A stretch of DNA of 64,000 nt from Candidatus Zixiibacteriota bacterium (GTDB lineage Bacteria; RBG-13-66-14; B26-G2; WVWN01): assembly GCA_050117845.1 (NCBI GenBank), contig JASFLY010000009.1, positions 1 through 64,000 on the forward strand, written 5' to 3'. Both the position numbers and the translations under genes were made by a program. Numbering within the stretch: position 1 is the stretch's first letter; the number at the start of each line of letters is the position of its first letter. The notes below the pieces were generated by a model. That model searched no databases, was not told the origin of the DNA, and was given only the letters and a program-made list of their open reading frames with translations. Positions 40,787-51,723 of the stretch are shown piece after piece.

Positions 40787-43324
40787 TTATTTACGTTCCA
40801 GCCGGCGGGCTATCTTCTTGTCTTCCAATATCTCTATAACGTCGCCCTCCTCGACGTCGCCGTACCCGCCGATTTGAATGCCGCACTCCAGGCCCTGCTG
40901 GACTTCCTTGGCGTCGTCGCGGAAACGGCGCAGCGACGAGATGTGGCCCTCGTGGATGACGTCGCCGTCGCGCCTTACGCGAACGCGGGCCCCGCGGTAC
41001 ACCCGGCCACTCGTGACCATACTGCCGGCGACGCGCGTGGCAGCCGTAACGCCGAAGACCTGGCGGACTTCCGCCGCACCGGTAACCTCGGTAACTATTT
41101 CCGGCTCGAGCAACCCTTCCAACGCGGCCCGGACGTCCTCTATCGTCTCGTAAATGACGTCGTAGTTGCGGATTTCGACGCCCTCCTGTTGGGCCAGCTT
41201 CTTGGCTTTACTCTCCACGCCCACGCGGAAGGCCACCAGGACGGCCTCGGAAGCTCCGGCCAGGATGACGTCGCCCTCGTTCACGGCGCCCACGGCTGAG
41301 TGCAGTACTTTCAGGCCGACCTCGTCGTTGCCGAGGCCGTTCAAACGTTCGAGAAGCGCCTCGGCCGAACCCGCCACGTCCGCTTTGACGACCAGGTTCA
41401 ACTCGCTCTTCCCGCCCTCCTGCAACTGCTGGTACCACTCGTCGAGCGAGAATACCGGTTCGGCCGTTTCGGCCTTCTCCGGTTCGACCGAGAGCAGGGC
41501 CGCGAGACTGCGGGCGGTCTTGTCGTCGGGCATGGCGACCAGTACGTCCCCGGCGTCGGGGACGCCCTCGGCCCCGAGGATGGATACGGGCGTCGAAAGG
41601 CCTGCTTCCTTTATCTTCTTGCCGTCGGCGTCGAACATGGCCCGCACGCGGCCGGCCTTTTTGCCGACGACGAAGGAATCGCCTATCTTGAGGGACCCGC
41701 GCCGGACGAGCACCGTGACGACGGCGCCGCGGCCCCGGTCGAGCGTGGACTCCAGTACGACTCCCGTCGCCCGGGCGTCCGGTTCGCCCTTCAGTTCCAT
41801 TATCTCGGCCTGGAGGGAAACGGCCTCCATGAGCTTGTCGAGGCCCTCCCCCTTGAGAGCGGATATCTCCGCCGCCAGCACCTCGCCGCCCCAGTCCTCG
41901 GTGGTCACGCCGTGTTCGGCCAGGCCCCGCTTCACCCGCAAGGGGTCGGCCTCCGGTTTGTCCATCTTCGTGATGGCGACGACCACCGGTACGTGGGCCG
42001 CCTTGGCGTGACTGATGGATTCGAGCGTTTGCGGCATGACGCCGTCGTCGGCGGCCACGACGAGTATAACGATATCCGTAATCTGGGTGCCGCGGGCCCT
42101 CATCTGCGTGAAGACCTCGTGGCCCGGCGTGTCGATAAAGACTATTTCGCCGAACTTGCCCTTGACCACGGAGGCCCCGATGTGTTGGGTAATGCCGCCG
42201 GACTCGGAATCGACGACGTTGGTCTTGCGGATGGCGTCGAGCAGCGTCGTTTTCCCGTGGTCGACGTGCCCCAGTACGGTAACGACGGGCCGGCGGGGCG
42301 CGGTTTTAATTTCGGCCTCCACGGCCTCGACGTCGAAGTCCAGGGCGCCGGCGACGTCCGCTTGCTCTTTTATACTAAGCAAACTCAGGGGGGTTAAATT
42401 CCGGCCGCCGTCGCCCTTGTAAACCTCGACAATTTTTTCGGTGGCGACGTCCAGGTTGAAGGCGAGTTCGCCCAGCGTTAGCTCCCGGCGTATGCGGGCC
42501 TTTTTCTTGGCCTGGACTTTCGGTTCAATGGTCGAAGGGCGCTTGCCCTTATGAGCGTGAGACCGGGCGGGGATACCCCTTCGTCCGCGGCCGCCCTTAT
42601 CGGACCGTCCGCCGCGGCGAGCCGGCCGACGGGAACGAGGCCGGGCCAAACGGTCCGCCTTGGCGAGCCGGCGCAACGCGTCCTGTTTCACGGCCTCTCC
42701 TCGGTCTTCCTCTATCTCGGCCTGGGCTTTATCGCGGCCGTCCTCTTTCTTGGGGCGCGGGGCGGCGGCCTTTTTCGGTTTACCCGTCTTCGAATCCGCG
42801 CTCTCTTCGGCGGAAGTTTCGCTTTTTTCCGTGGTTTCCTTCTCTCCCTTGACCTCGGGTTCTTTGGCCTTCGGCTCGGCCGCCTCCGGCGTCTTCACTT
42901 CGGCCGGCGCTTCTTTTTCGACGGTCGCCGCTTTCTCCTCCTCGGCCGTGGCCTCGGGAGCCGCGGCCGGGGTCTCGGCCGCCTTCTCCTTCTCGGCCTC
43001 TTCAGCCGCGGGGGTTTCGGCGGCGGCGGGGGCTTCCTCCGGCGGCGGAGCGGGTTCCTCCTTCCGCGGCGCTTTCTTGCGAAGACGAGCCTTACTCGCC
43101 GCGGGCTTCGCCATTTCGGGAATAAGCGTCAGCTGCTCTTCTCGGGTTTCGTCCTTGATGCCGAATAAATGGGCCCGCAGTCTGGCCTCTTCTTCGACAG
43201 TAACCGAGCTATTCGCGGCCTTCGCGTCGACGCCGATTTCGTTGAGTAAAACGACGATTTCTTTACTGGTCCGGTCCAGGGACTTGGCAATTTCGTGGAC
43301 CCTTCTCTTAGCGGCCAAAGTCAA
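40787..43324 (-). CDS. infB: Translation initiation factor IF-2
   Basis: [26 protein letters not shown]. Confidence 0.98.
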   Translation of the reverse strand: MTLAAKRRVHEIAKSLDRTSKEIVVLLNEIGVDAKAANSSVTVEEEARLRAHLFGIKDETREEQLTLIPEMAKPAASKARLRKKAPRKEEPAPPPEEAPAAAETPAAEEAEKEKAAETPAAAPEATAEEEKAATVEKEAPAEVKTPEAAEPKAKEPEVKGEKETTEKSETSAEESADSKTGKPKKAAAPRPKKEDGRDKAQAEIEEDRGEAVKQDALRRLAKADRLARPRSRRPARRGGRSDKGGRGRRGIPARSHAHKGKRPSTIEPKVQAKKKARIRRELTLGELAFNLDVATEKIVEVYKGDGGRNLTPLSLLSIKEQADVAGALDFDVEAVEAEIKTAPRRPVVTVLGHVDHGKTTLLDAIRKTNVVDSESGGITQHIGASVVKGKFGEIVFIDTPGHEVFTQMRARGTQITDIVILVVAADDGVMPQTLESISHAKAAHVPVVVAITKMDKPEADPLRVKRGLAEHGVTTEDWGGEVLAAEISALKGEGLDKLMEAVSLQAEIMELKGEPDARATGVVLESTLDRGRGAVVTVLVRRGSLKIGDSFVVGKKAGRVRAMFDADGKKIKEAGLSTPVSILGAEGVPDAGDVLVAMPDDKTARSLAALLSVEPEKAETAEPVFSLDEWYQQLQEGGKSELNLVVKADVAGSAEALLERLNGLGNDEVGLKVLHSAVGAVNEGDVILAGASEAVLVAFRVGVESKAKKLAQQEGVEIRNYDVIYETIEDVRAALEGLLEPEIVTEVTGAAEVRQVFGVTAATRVAGSMVTSGRVYRGARVRVRRDGDVIHEGHISSLRRFRDDAKEVQQGLECGIQIGGYGDVEEGDVIEILEDKKIARRLERK

Positions 43325-43372
43325 ACACCTCTCTTATTAACTTTAACGGACAGGAGTATCCCCGCATCGGGG

Positions 43373-44929
43373 TTACTCCGGCCCGGCGTCCCCCCGCTCC
43401 TCATCTTCACTTGAAGGCTCGGCCTCGGCCGAATCGGCGACGGCCTCTTCCTCGTCGCCGCTCTCGCCCGGGACCTCTAACGTTTCGGTACCCTCTTCGG
43501 ATTCGGCCTCCGGTTCGCCGCCGCCCTCTTCCGTCGGGGCATCTCCGGCGGGAGACGCCTCCGCCGTTTCTTCCTCGGCGGCGGTCCCGGCGTCGTCCTC
43601 TCCGTCCTTTTCCGTCGGGGCCGTATCCATATAATCCTCGGGTTTCGGCGCGGACAATCCCTGCTCGGCCAATTCCGCGAGCTTCGTTTCGACTTTCCGC
43701 TTAAGCTCCTCGGCGCTCTTGGGGCCCAGGCCCGGGACGGCGGCCAGTTCCTCCAAATCCGCGGCCAGTATCTCGTCCGCGGAACCGAAACCCTCCTCGT
43801 ACAACGCGAGGGCGGTCTTTTCGCCGATGCCCGGGAGCGAAATCAGGAAGTCGTAAGACGACGCCGCTTCCGCTTCCTCGCGCACGCCTAGTTCCTCGCG
43901 TTCGCGTTCGCTGATAATATCCAGATGCCACCCGATGAGCTTGGCGGCCAGGCGGACGTTCTGGCCGCCCCGGCCGATGGCGAGCGAAAGCTGGCCCTCC
44001 GGGACGACCACTACGATGTGGTGGGCGTCCTCGTCGACCTCTATGGCGGTTATCTGCGCCGGCGCCAGGGCGTTGCGAGTAAACTCCTCCACGCTCGAAG
44101 AGAATCTGACGATATCGACCTTCTCGCCGGACAGCTCGCGAACCACGGCCTGCACGCGGTACCCGCGCATCCCGACGCAAGTGCCGACGGGATCGACGTT
44201 CTTGTCCCGGCTCGACACCGCTATCTTGGACCGAGAACCCGGTTCCCGCGCGACGGCGTGGATCTTGACCAAACCCTCGTATATTTCCGGGACCTCCAAC
44301 TCGAACAGCTTCGACAGGAACTCCGGTTGGCCGCGCGATACGATTATCTGGGCGCCCTTCGTCGTCTCGCGGACCTCCGTAAGGTAAGCGCGAACGCGGT
44401 CGCCGAGACGGTACTCCTCGCCGGGGAGCCGCTCGCGGTAAGGCATCACGGCCTCGGTCCGGCCGAGGTCGAGAACGATGGTCCCCTTCGACTCACGCTT
44501 GACGACGCCGCTGACGACCTCGCCGATGCGCTTCTGGTATTCGTCCAGGATTACGCTGCGCTCGGCTTCCCGGAGGCGCTGGATGACGACTTGCTTGGCG
44601 ATTTGGGCGGCGTTACGGCCGAAAATGGAGGGCGAGATTTCCACGTCCATCTCGTCGCCCACTTCGGCCTCGGGGTCGATGGCCCGCGCTTCCTCCAGGC
44701 TCATCTCCAGCCCCGGCTTCGTGACTTCCTCGACCACCACGCGACGGGCCACGATGACGATATTGCCGTCCTCATCCAGAAGGTGAATGTCCATTTCCGG
44801 TATGTTGAGGTGGCTTCGCCGGGAGGCCGAATTCAACGCCGCCTCCAGCGCTTCGATTACTATCTCGCGCTCGATATCTTTCGCGCGCGCCAGTTGGTCC
44901 ACCATTTCGTTGAGTTGGATTCCTTCCAT
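43373..44929 (-). CDS. nusA: Transcription termination factor NusA
   Basis: AKQVVIQ, ELEVPEI, AREPGSRSKIAV, SLAIGRGGQNVRLA. Confidence 0.97.
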   Translation of the reverse strand: MEGIQLNEMVDQLARAKDIEREIVIEALEAALNSASRRSHLNIPEMDIHLLDEDGNIVIVARRVVVEEVTKPGLEMSLEEARAIDPEAEVGDEMDVEISPSIFGRNAAQIAKQVVIQRLREAERSVILDEYQKRIGEVVSGVVKRESKGTIVLDLGRTEAVMPYRERLPGEEYRLGDRVRAYLTEVRETTKGAQIIVSRGQPEFLSKLFELEVPEIYEGLVKIHAVAREPGSRSKIAVSSRDKNVDPVGTCVGMRGYRVQAVVRELSGEKVDIVRFSSSVEEFTRNALAPAQITAIEVDEDAHHIVVVVPEGQLSLAIGRGGQNVRLAAKLIGWHLDIISEREREELGVREEAEAASSYDFLISLPGIGEKTALALYEEGFGSADEILAADLEELAAVPGLGPKSAEELKRKVETKLAELAEQGLSAPKPEDYMDTAPTEKDGEDDAGTAAEEETAEASPAGDAPTEEGGGEPEAESEEGTETLEVPGESGDEEEAVADSAEAEPSSEDEERGDAGPE

Positions 44930-44952
44930 AGTATTCCCAATCCTCGGCGCCG

Positions 44953-45477
44953 TTACCGCGCCTTTCGGCCGGGGCGGTTCTTTTTCCGCGGGCCCGCGGC
45001 CTTTTCGAATCCCGGTAGTTCCGGCTCGAGTCGGGCCTCGGCCACCGCCGCGAAATCGAATTCGTGGCGCCCGTCCTCGGCGTCCAGCTCGACCGTATCC
45101 TCTCCTACGTTAACGATTCGCCCTATAATTACCTTGGGTTTCATACCTTTCTTTATTTTAAAACGGGCCAACATGCCCCGAAAACGGTAATAATCCTTCG
45201 GGCCGCGAAGGCGGCGATTGAGGCCGGGGGAAGAGACTTCGAGGTCGAAGTCCCCGCCCGGGAGGTCTTCCAGCTCGAGTCGGGCCCGGAGCCGGACGTT
45301 AACTTCGCTACAATCCTCCAGACTCACGTAGCCCTCGGGCCGGTCGAGAACGACCTGGATAATCCACGATTTCGGCCCCCGGTTAAGAGCCACGTCCCAA
45401 ACGTCGAGGCCCAAAGCGCCGACCACCGACGCGGTAATCCCGCACACCTTCTCCCTTATGTCCTCGGCTAGTACCAT
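44953..45477 (-). CDS. rimP: Ribosome maturation factor RimP
   Basis: LEVSSPGLNRRL; upstream of nusA. Confidence 0.93.
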   Translation of the reverse strand: MVLAEDIREKVCGITASVVGALGLDVWDVALNRGPKSWIIQVVLDRPEGYVSLEDCSEVNVRLRARLELEDLPGGDFDLEVSSPGLNRRLRGPKDYYRFRGMLARFKIKKGMKPKVIIGRIVNVGEDTVELDAEDGRHEFDFAAVAEARLEPELPGFEKAAGPRKKNRPGRKAR

Positions 45478-45482
45478 TACAG

Positions 45483-46538
45483 TCAGTCCAATTTGCCCAG
45501 TTCTTCGAGCAACGCGGCGACGAGTTTTTCCTCGTCGACGGGCCGCACGATTTCGCCCCGGCGGTAAACGACGCCGCGGCCTTTGCCGCCTGCGATGCCG
45601 ACGTCGGCCTCACGGGCTTCTCCCGGGCCGTTCACCGCGCACCCCATAACCGCGACCACGACGTCGCGCGTCTCGCCGTTCAAACTCTCGGCCACGCTGC
45701 GGGCGAGGGCGGCTATGTCCACCTGGGCCCGGCCGCACCCGGGACAGGATATCAAGGTCGGGCCGCGGCGCCGGAGGTCCAGCGTCCGCAGGATTTCGTA
45801 AGCCACCGCCACTTCCCGGGCGGGTTCGTCCGTCAACGAAACGCGAACGGTGTCGCCCAGCCCCGCGGCCAGGATAAGCGCCAGGCCGGCGGCGGACCGT
45901 ACAACCCCGGCGTCGCCGAAACCGGCCTCGGTTATGCCGACGTGGAGCGGGTACGGCAACCGCTCGGCGATGAGACGATTCGCTTCCAGCGTCAGCGCCG
46001 GCAACGTGGCCTTGGCGGACATTATAAGATCCTCGACGCCGACGTCCTCCAGGCGGCGAGCGGCGGCGACCGCGCTCGCGGCCATGGCCTCGGCGGTCCG
46101 GCCGCCGTACTCCTCGACGACGGCTTCGTCCAACGAACCGGCGTTCACGCCGACCCGCGCCGGGACGCCCCGCGCCGCCATCTCCCGGCCCACGTCGATC
46201 CAATGCTCGAGCCGGGTAATGTTGCCCGGGTTGAGTCGGATGGCCGCGGCCCCCGCGTCGAGACAGGCCAGGGCGAGACGGTGGTCGAAATGGATGTCGG
46301 CCATAAGCGGGAACGGGGCCCGCCGGGTCAACTCTCCGAAGGCGGCGGCCGCGTCCAGATCGGGAACTGCCGCTCGGGCCAATTCGCACCCGGCTTCGGC
46401 CATCGCTTCCAGTTGGGCCAGCGTCGCGCCGACGTCGCGAGTATCGGTTTTGGCCATGGACTCGACGCGCACGGGTTCGCCGCCGCCGAGGGCCACGGCT
46501 CCCACTTTTACCCTTTTCGTCCGGTCCCGTGTGTACAC
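45483..46538 (-). CDS. ispG: HMBPP synthase
   Basis: ADIHF, RLNPGNI, SCPGCGR, MGCAVNGPGEA. Confidence 0.96.
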   Translation of the reverse strand: MYTRDRTKRVKVGAVALGGGEPVRVESMAKTDTRDVGATLAQLEAMAEAGCELARAAVPDLDAAAAFGELTRRAPFPLMADIHFDHRLALACLDAGAAAIRLNPGNITRLEHWIDVGREMAARGVPARVGVNAGSLDEAVVEEYGGRTAEAMAASAVAAARRLEDVGVEDLIMSAKATLPALTLEANRLIAERLPYPLHVGITEAGFGDAGVVRSAAGLALILAAGLGDTVRVSLTDEPAREVAVAYEILRTLDLRRRGPTLISCPGCGRAQVDIAALARSVAESLNGETRDVVVAVMGCAVNGPGEAREADVGIAGGKGRGVVYRRGEIVRPVDEEKLVAALLEELGKLD

Positions 46539-46543
46539 TTAAA

Positions 46544-47872
46544 CTAACCCCATCCCACCAGTCGCCGGAAATCCGCGAAGAGCGCCACCAGGAGTATCGC
46601 GCCCAGGAGCACCATACCGATAAAACTAATGCGCCCGCGCGCCTCGGCCGACATATTCTTCCGCCGAATAGTCTCGAATACGCCGATGACGATATGGCCG
46701 CCGTCGAGCACCGGTATCGGCAACAAGTTCAACATCCCGAGCATTACGGATAAAATCCCCATGTACTCCAGGTACGGGATGACCCCCGCTCGTGCCGTTT
46801 CCCCGGCGTAGCGGGCGATGGTAAGGGGGCCGCCCAGGGCCTTCGTAACCTTAACCTTTCCCCGGAAGACAAGTATCATGCCGCGGGCGGTCCCGGCGGT
46901 AGCCTCCCAGGTACGCGCCGCGCCCGCCGGTATGGCGGTAAGCCAGGTCTCGGACACCTTAACCTCGACGAAGCCGCAAGCGACGCCGAGGTCTTTTAAG
47001 AACGCCTCCGGGTCCTCGCCGTCGTATTCGACGGCGACGGTCAGCGGTTCCCCATTTGCCTTCTCGAAGCCTATGAGGTGGCGACCGGCAGGCAGGCCGT
47101 CCAGACCTTTAATGAAGTCGTTAAAAGTAGCCGTGGGCCGGCCGCCGAAGGAAACGACCTTATCACCCGGGACGATGCCGGCTTTATCCGCGAGGCTGTC
47201 CTCCAAAACATTGGAGACGTCGTTGGCCTGATACGGAACGAGGCCGACGAAACCCTGCCCCGAATCGGGGTCGAGGGCCGGCTTGGCCTCCAGAACCACG
47301 GTACGGTCGCCGCGGCGCACGTCGAACGAGAGTCGTTTGCCCGCGTTCGTCTTTACGATACGTTGGATGTCGTACCAGTGAGGCGTCGGTTTGCCGTCGA
47401 CGGCCAGGATAACGTCTCCGACCTCGAATCCGGCCGCCCGGGCGGGCGCCACGATCTCGTTCTCCCCCACCTGCACCTTATCCAGGACCTCGTCGACGCG
47501 ATTCGGGAACGTATGCACGGTGTACCCGGCCTTGCCCACCACGGCGAAGACCAATACCGCCAATACGAAGTTCATCGCCGGCCCGGCGAACGCCACGATC
47601 ATGCGGACCCAAGGGGGCTTGGACAGGAACTCGTCGGGTTTGCCCTCGCGTTCGCTTTCGTCGCTGCCGGCCATCTTGACGTAACCGCCCAGGGGTACGA
47701 GCGACAACGCGTACTCCGTCCCGCGCCACTTGAAGCTGAAGAGGACCTTCCAGAAGCCGAGCGAGAAACGCAATACCCGTATCCCGGACAGTTTCGCGGC
47801 GGCGAAGTGGCCGGCCTCGTGCGCCACGACGAGGACGCTCAAAAGAATTATGGTTGCGGGTATGGTTATCAC
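46544..47872 (-). CDS. rseP: RIP metalloprotease with PDZ domains
   Basis: HEAGH, PLGGYVKM, NLLPIPVLDGGH. Confidence 0.95.
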   Translation of the reverse strand: MITIPATIILLSVLVVAHEAGHFAAAKLSGIRVLRFSLGFWKVLFSFKWRGTEYALSLVPLGGYVKMAGSDESEREGKPDEFLSKPPWVRMIVAFAGPAMNFVLAVLVFAVVGKAGYTVHTFPNRVDEVLDKVQVGENEIVAPARAAGFEVGDVILAVDGKPTPHWYDIQRIVKTNAGKRLSFDVRRGDRTVVLEAKPALDPDSGQGFVGLVPYQANDVSNVLEDSLADKAGIVPGDKVVSFGGRPTATFNDFIKGLDGLPAGRHLIGFEKANGEPLTVAVEYDGEDPEAFLKDLGVACGFVEVKVSETWLTAIPAGAARTWEATAGTARGMILVFRGKVKVTKALGGPLTIARYAGETARAGVIPYLEYMGILSVMLGMLNLLPIPVLDGGHIVIGVFETIRRKNMSAEARGRISFIGMVLLGAILLVALFADFRRLVGWG

Positions 47873-47880
47873 TATACCGC

Positions 47881-48162
47881 CTACTGGTAATAATCCTCTT
47901 CGATTTCAAAATAGAACAACGTCGAAGCGTCCTCGGCTATCTCCCATTCCGCCGTCGATATCGATTGGGCGAAATCTTCCATGGCGTCCGAGAACTCCTC
48001 GGCGTTGGCGCGGTAGTCCGCCAGCGCTATCTCTATTTCGTCTCGCAAGCTGTCCAGGTTCTCACTGAAGCACACGATACCGGCGGGCAGGATACGGGCC
48101 ATGTAACCGCCGGCGTGCGGGTAGATGAGAGCCACGAGTTTGCCGCTTTTATCGGTCGTCAT
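47881..48162 (-). CDS. Small acidic protein, possible HicB-like N-terminal fold
   Basis: In operon with 2-8 bp gaps; pattern resembles the HicB N-terminus. Confidence 0.5.
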   Translation of the reverse strand: MTTDKSGKLVALIYPHAGGYMARILPAGIVCFSENLDSLRDEIEIALADYRANAEEFSDAMEDFAQSISTAEWEIAEDASTLFYFEIEEDYYQ

Positions 48163-48164
48163 CG

Positions 48165-48809
48165 TTATTCCCCGTAGACGTTTTTTTCCAATTTGCGGAT
48201 ATATTTCTCGAGATCATCGCTGGTCCCGAAAACACCTATCTCACCGGCGGACGCGAACGCGCCGGTGCTGTAGTCCAAGATTTTCTTGTATTGTTCCAGG
48301 GCGTCCTTTTTCCGGCCGACCATCTCGTACGCCTGTCCCAGATACCATAAACCGTTGTAGTCGTACGGCGAGGCCGCAACGTATTCCTCGAAGGTCTTCA
48401 CGGCCTCGTCCCATCGCCGGAGGCCCAGTTGGGCCCGGCCCATCTGATATCGGGCGCGGATGAGGTTTTCGTCGAGGCCCAGCGCCCGGCGGTACGAATC
48501 TATGGCGGTTCCGAGTTCGTCGTCCGCCAGGTAAACCTCGGCCAGACGGAAATGCAGGTTAGCGTCACCCGGGTCGAGGCCGATGGCCATAATATAGGCG
48601 TCCGCCGCCGCGCGCCAATCCTTGATATTCTCGTACTCCAGCGCCAGCTCGAAGTACAGGTCGGCGTTGTTGGGGTCGGCCGCGATGTCCGCTTTAATGT
48701 CTTCGATGTTACCGGCGAACGCGGCGCCGCCGTGGAGCGTTACCACATATATCAACGACGAGACGACGACGGATCGTATCGCCACAATAGCCTTAGTTTT
48801 GTTAGGCAT
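48165..48809 (-). CDS. Exported TPR-repeat protein
   Basis: Signal-like N-terminus; repeated A..Y..A..LDP TPR motifs. Confidence 0.85.
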   Translation of the reverse strand: MPNKTKAIVAIRSVVVSSLIYVVTLHGGAAFAGNIEDIKADIAADPNNADLYFELALEYENIKDWRAAADAYIMAIGLDPGDANLHFRLAEVYLADDELGTAIDSYRRALGLDENLIRARYQMGRAQLGLRRWDEAVKTFEEYVAASPYDYNGLWYLGQAYEMVGRKKDALEQYKKILDYSTGAFASAGEIGVFGTSDDLEKYIRKLEKNVYGE

Positions 48810-49974
48810 GTCCCGCCACCTTCTGCGCCGCCTCGGCCGCCCGGCGCCGGGCCCAGGCGTCTACGGCGGCGACCTCTTCGTATCCCCCAATGTTTCCGTC
48901 CGGAGCCTCCGCCACCGTCGCGGCAATGACCTCCGGAATGGCGCCGAAAGGTATCTCGCCCGAGAGAAAGCTCCCGACCGCCGCCTCGTCCGCGGCGTTC
49001 ATGGCCGCGGGCTTCAGGCCGCCGGCGCGTCCGGCGTCGAGCGCCAGGCCGAAGCACGGGAAACGCTCCGGGTCCGGCCGGGCGAAATCGAGCCTCCCGA
49101 TCGCCGCGAGTTCGAGCGCGGTCGCGGGGAAGTGGATTTCCCGCCGGTCGGGGTACGTCAACGCGTACTGTATCGGCAGCCGCATGTCCGCGGCCGCCAG
49201 TTGCGCGATGAAAGAACCGTCCGCCAGCTCGACGAGCGAGTGCACTATCGACTGCGGATGAATCAGGACATCGATGCGGTCGTACGGCATGTCGAACAGC
49301 CAGTAGGCCTCGATGACCTCCAGGCCCTTGTTCATCAGCGTCGCGGAGTCCACCGATATCTTGGCGCCCATGTCCCACACCGGATGGGCTATGGCCTCCT
49401 GGGGCGTAACGTGGGCGACCTCCTCCCGGCTCTTTCCGAGGAACGGGCCGCCCGAAGCCGTCAGGATGAGCCGCCGGACGCTCTCGCCGTCCCGGCCTTC
49501 CAGGCATTGCGCCAGCGCGGCGTGTTCGCTGTCGACCGGGAATATCCTGCCCCCGCCGGCCCGCCGGGCCTCCCGGACCAGCGGCCCCCCGGCGACGAGC
49601 GACTCCTTGTTCGCCAGCGCCACGTCCTTGCCGGCCTCGAGCGCTGCCAGCGTGGGCGCGAGGCCCGCGAAGCCGGCGATGGCCACCAGGACGAGCTCCG
49701 ACTCCGGAACCGTCGCCGCGGCCGTCGCGGCGTCGTCGCCGACGCGGACGTCGAAACCCTCCGAGCGCAGGGGCTCGAGGGCCCGGGCCTGCTCGGCGTC
49801 GCTTACGGCCACGAGCCGGGGGCGGAAGGCGCGAGCCTGCTCCAAAAGCAGCCGGACGTTATGCCCCGCCGACAGCGCGACGACCTCTATCTCGTCGCCG
49901 AGCGTCGTGACCACCTCGAGCGCGCTCCGCCCGATGGACCCGGTTGACCCTAATATGCTAACGCGTTTCGCCAT
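48802..49974 (-). CDS. dxr: 1-deoxy-D-xylulose-5-phosphate reductoisomerase
   Basis: LGSTGSIG, LANKESLV, PVDSEH, MNKGLEVIEA. Confidence 0.97.
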   Translation of the reverse strand: MAKRVSILGSTGSIGRSALEVVTTLGDEIEVVALSAGHNVRLLLEQARAFRPRLVAVSDAEQARALEPLRSEGFDVRVGDDAATAAATVPESELVLVAIAGFAGLAPTLAALEAGKDVALANKESLVAGGPLVREARRAGGGRIFPVDSEHAALAQCLEGRDGESVRRLILTASGGPFLGKSREEVAHVTPQEAIAHPVWDMGAKISVDSATLMNKGLEVIEAYWLFDMPYDRIDVLIHPQSIVHSLVELADGSFIAQLAAADMRLPIQYALTYPDRREIHFPATALELAAIGRLDFARPDPERFPCFGLALDAGRAGGLKPAAMNAADEAAVGSFLSGEIPFGAIPEVIAATVAEAPDGNIGGYEEVAAVDAWARRRAAEAAQKVAGHA

Positions 49975-49987
49975 AACTTATTCTTTT

Positions 49988-50794
49988 TTACCCGACCCGA
50001 CCCAAAACGACCAGTACGCCGAAGAAGAGCGGGGCGCAATACAGGACCGCGTCGAACCGGTCCAGGATGCCGCCGTGGCCGGGCAGGATGCCGCCGCTGT
50101 CCTTGACGCCGGCGTCGCGTTTCAACGCCGACTCGGCCAGGTCGCCGACCATGTCCCCGGCGGCCAGAACCGCGCCCGCCAGAAGGGCCCCCGCCCATCC
50201 CAGGCCGGTTTCCCGAAAGACGAAAAGCGTAAGCACTACCGGGACCGCGAGGCCGGCGGCGGTGCCGCCCACGGCGCCCGCGACCGTCTTTCCGGGACTT
50301 ATACTCGGCGCCAGTTTCCGTTTTCCAAAAGCCCGCCCCACGAAATAAGCCGCGATATCGATGCACCAAATAGTAATAAAAAATATTAACAGTAATTCCA
50401 CGCCGGCGGCCATTTTGCGGATCAGCACCAGGAACGCCAAAAAGGCCGGAACGTACGCGAACGCCAGCAGGCTGGCACCGGCGTCGACGGCCGCGTTCGC
50501 GGCGTCATTGCGGAACACCGGGATGGCAACCACGGCCAACGTCAGGGCCGCCGCGGCCCCCGCCGCCAGGGCCGGCCGGTACGCCAGCGCCGCCAGAAAT
50601 ACCCCGCCCGCAATCATCGTTGCGAAACGGTGGGGCCGGCGGCCGGTGGCCTCCAGCACGCCGAACATCTCGAGGAGCGCGACGGCCGCGATGGCCTCCA
50701 GGTACACCACGAAATGCCACGGCCTCCCCCAAATGATTACTATAAGGTGTACCGGCAACCACAACGCCGCGGTCAGGACGCGCGCCGCCAGCAT
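49988..50794 (-). CDS. cdsA: Phosphatidate cytidylyltransferase
   Basis: SPGKT, KRDAGVKDSG, PGHGGILDRFD; start reassigned to ATG 50794. Confidence 0.95.
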   Translation of the reverse strand: MLAARVLTAALWLPVHLIVIIWGRPWHFVVYLEAIAAVALLEMFGVLEATGRRPHRFATMIAGGVFLAALAYRPALAAGAAAALTLAVVAIPVFRNDAANAAVDAGASLLAFAYVPAFLAFLVLIRKMAAGVELLLIFFITIWCIDIAAYFVGRAFGKRKLAPSISPGKTVAGAVGGTAAGLAVPVVLTLFVFRETGLGWAGALLAGAVLAAGDMVGDLAESALKRDAGVKDSGGILPGHGGILDRFDAVLYCAPLFFGVLVVLGRVG

Positions 50795-51561
50795 TACGCC
50801 CCCCGTGCCTCCCCGGCCGAAACCCGGCCGTAGCGCCGGTCCCGCTCCAGGTAATCGACCAACGCCGCGTACATATGTTTGGCCCGGAAGTCCGGCCACA
50901 GCACGTTGGTCACGTAAATCTCGGCGTACGCGATTTCCCACAGGAGGAAATTCGACACGCGGACCTCGCCGCTCGTGCGTATCAACAGGTCCGGGTCGGG
51001 ATGGTCGGGCGCGTACAGGTGCCGGCTGATGGCGTCCTCGTCTATTTCCCGGGCGCCGTTGGCGGCGAGGCGCCTGGCGGCGTCCACTATCTCCGCCCGG
51101 CCGCCGTACCCCAACGCGAGCGTCAGCGTCATCTTGTCGAAAGCCTCCGTCAACGCCCTCGTCTCGTCGAGTTCGGCACGGACGTCGGCCGGCAAGCGCT
51201 CGAGGTGACCTATGGCCTGAAACCGTATCTCTTTATCGATTAACTCGTCGCGCTCGCCGACGAGGTAATTCTTCAAAAGCTTCATCAGCGCCTGGACTTC
51301 CAGTTTTGGCCGGTCCCAGTTCTCGCTGGAGAAGGCGTAGAGCGTCAGGTATTTAACGCCGACTTCCCGGCAGGCGGTCACCGATTCCCGCACGGCCTTG
51401 ACGCCGGCCTGGTGGCCGCGCACCCGGGCGAAACCTCGCCCCTGGGCCCAGCGGCCGTTCCCGTCCATGATGACGGCGACGTGGGCCGGGAGCTCCGCCC
51501 CTTCCAGTCGGGAGCGCAGTTCCTCCTCGTCGAGTTCCTCCCATTTGTTTATTATCTCCAT
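50794..51561 (-). CDS. uppS: Undecaprenyl diphosphate synthase
   Basis: IMDGNGRWA, FSSENW, RTSGEVRVSNFLLW; start reassigned to ATG 51561. Confidence 0.96.
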   Translation of the reverse strand: MEIINKWEELDEEELRSRLEGAELPAHVAVIMDGNGRWAQGRGFARVRGHQAGVKAVRESVTACREVGVKYLTLYAFSSENWDRPKLEVQALMKLLKNYLVGERDELIDKEIRFQAIGHLERLPADVRAELDETRALTEAFDKMTLTLALGYGGRAEIVDAARRLAANGAREIDEDAISRHLYAPDHPDPDLLIRTSGEVRVSNFLLWEIAYAEIYVTNVLWPDFRAKHMYAALVDYLERDRRYGRVSAGEARGA

Positions 51562-51723
51562 ACGTTGTCCCGGTTTACGGCCCGCGCGCAACTGCTTGCC
51601 GTCGGAACCCCTCTCGCCGCCCGGCCGCGGCAGGGCAAACAAAAAAGGACACGCACCAATCGCAAAACCAGCCGGCGGGTCCCTTTTAGAAGCTATTCAA
51701 TTGGTAGAAGAGTCAGGCCATAT

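Noticed and set aside
42540..43660. Low-complexity Ala/Glu/Lys tracts in IF-2 and the acidic NusA tail
   Set aside because: Common disordered regions in these proteins.
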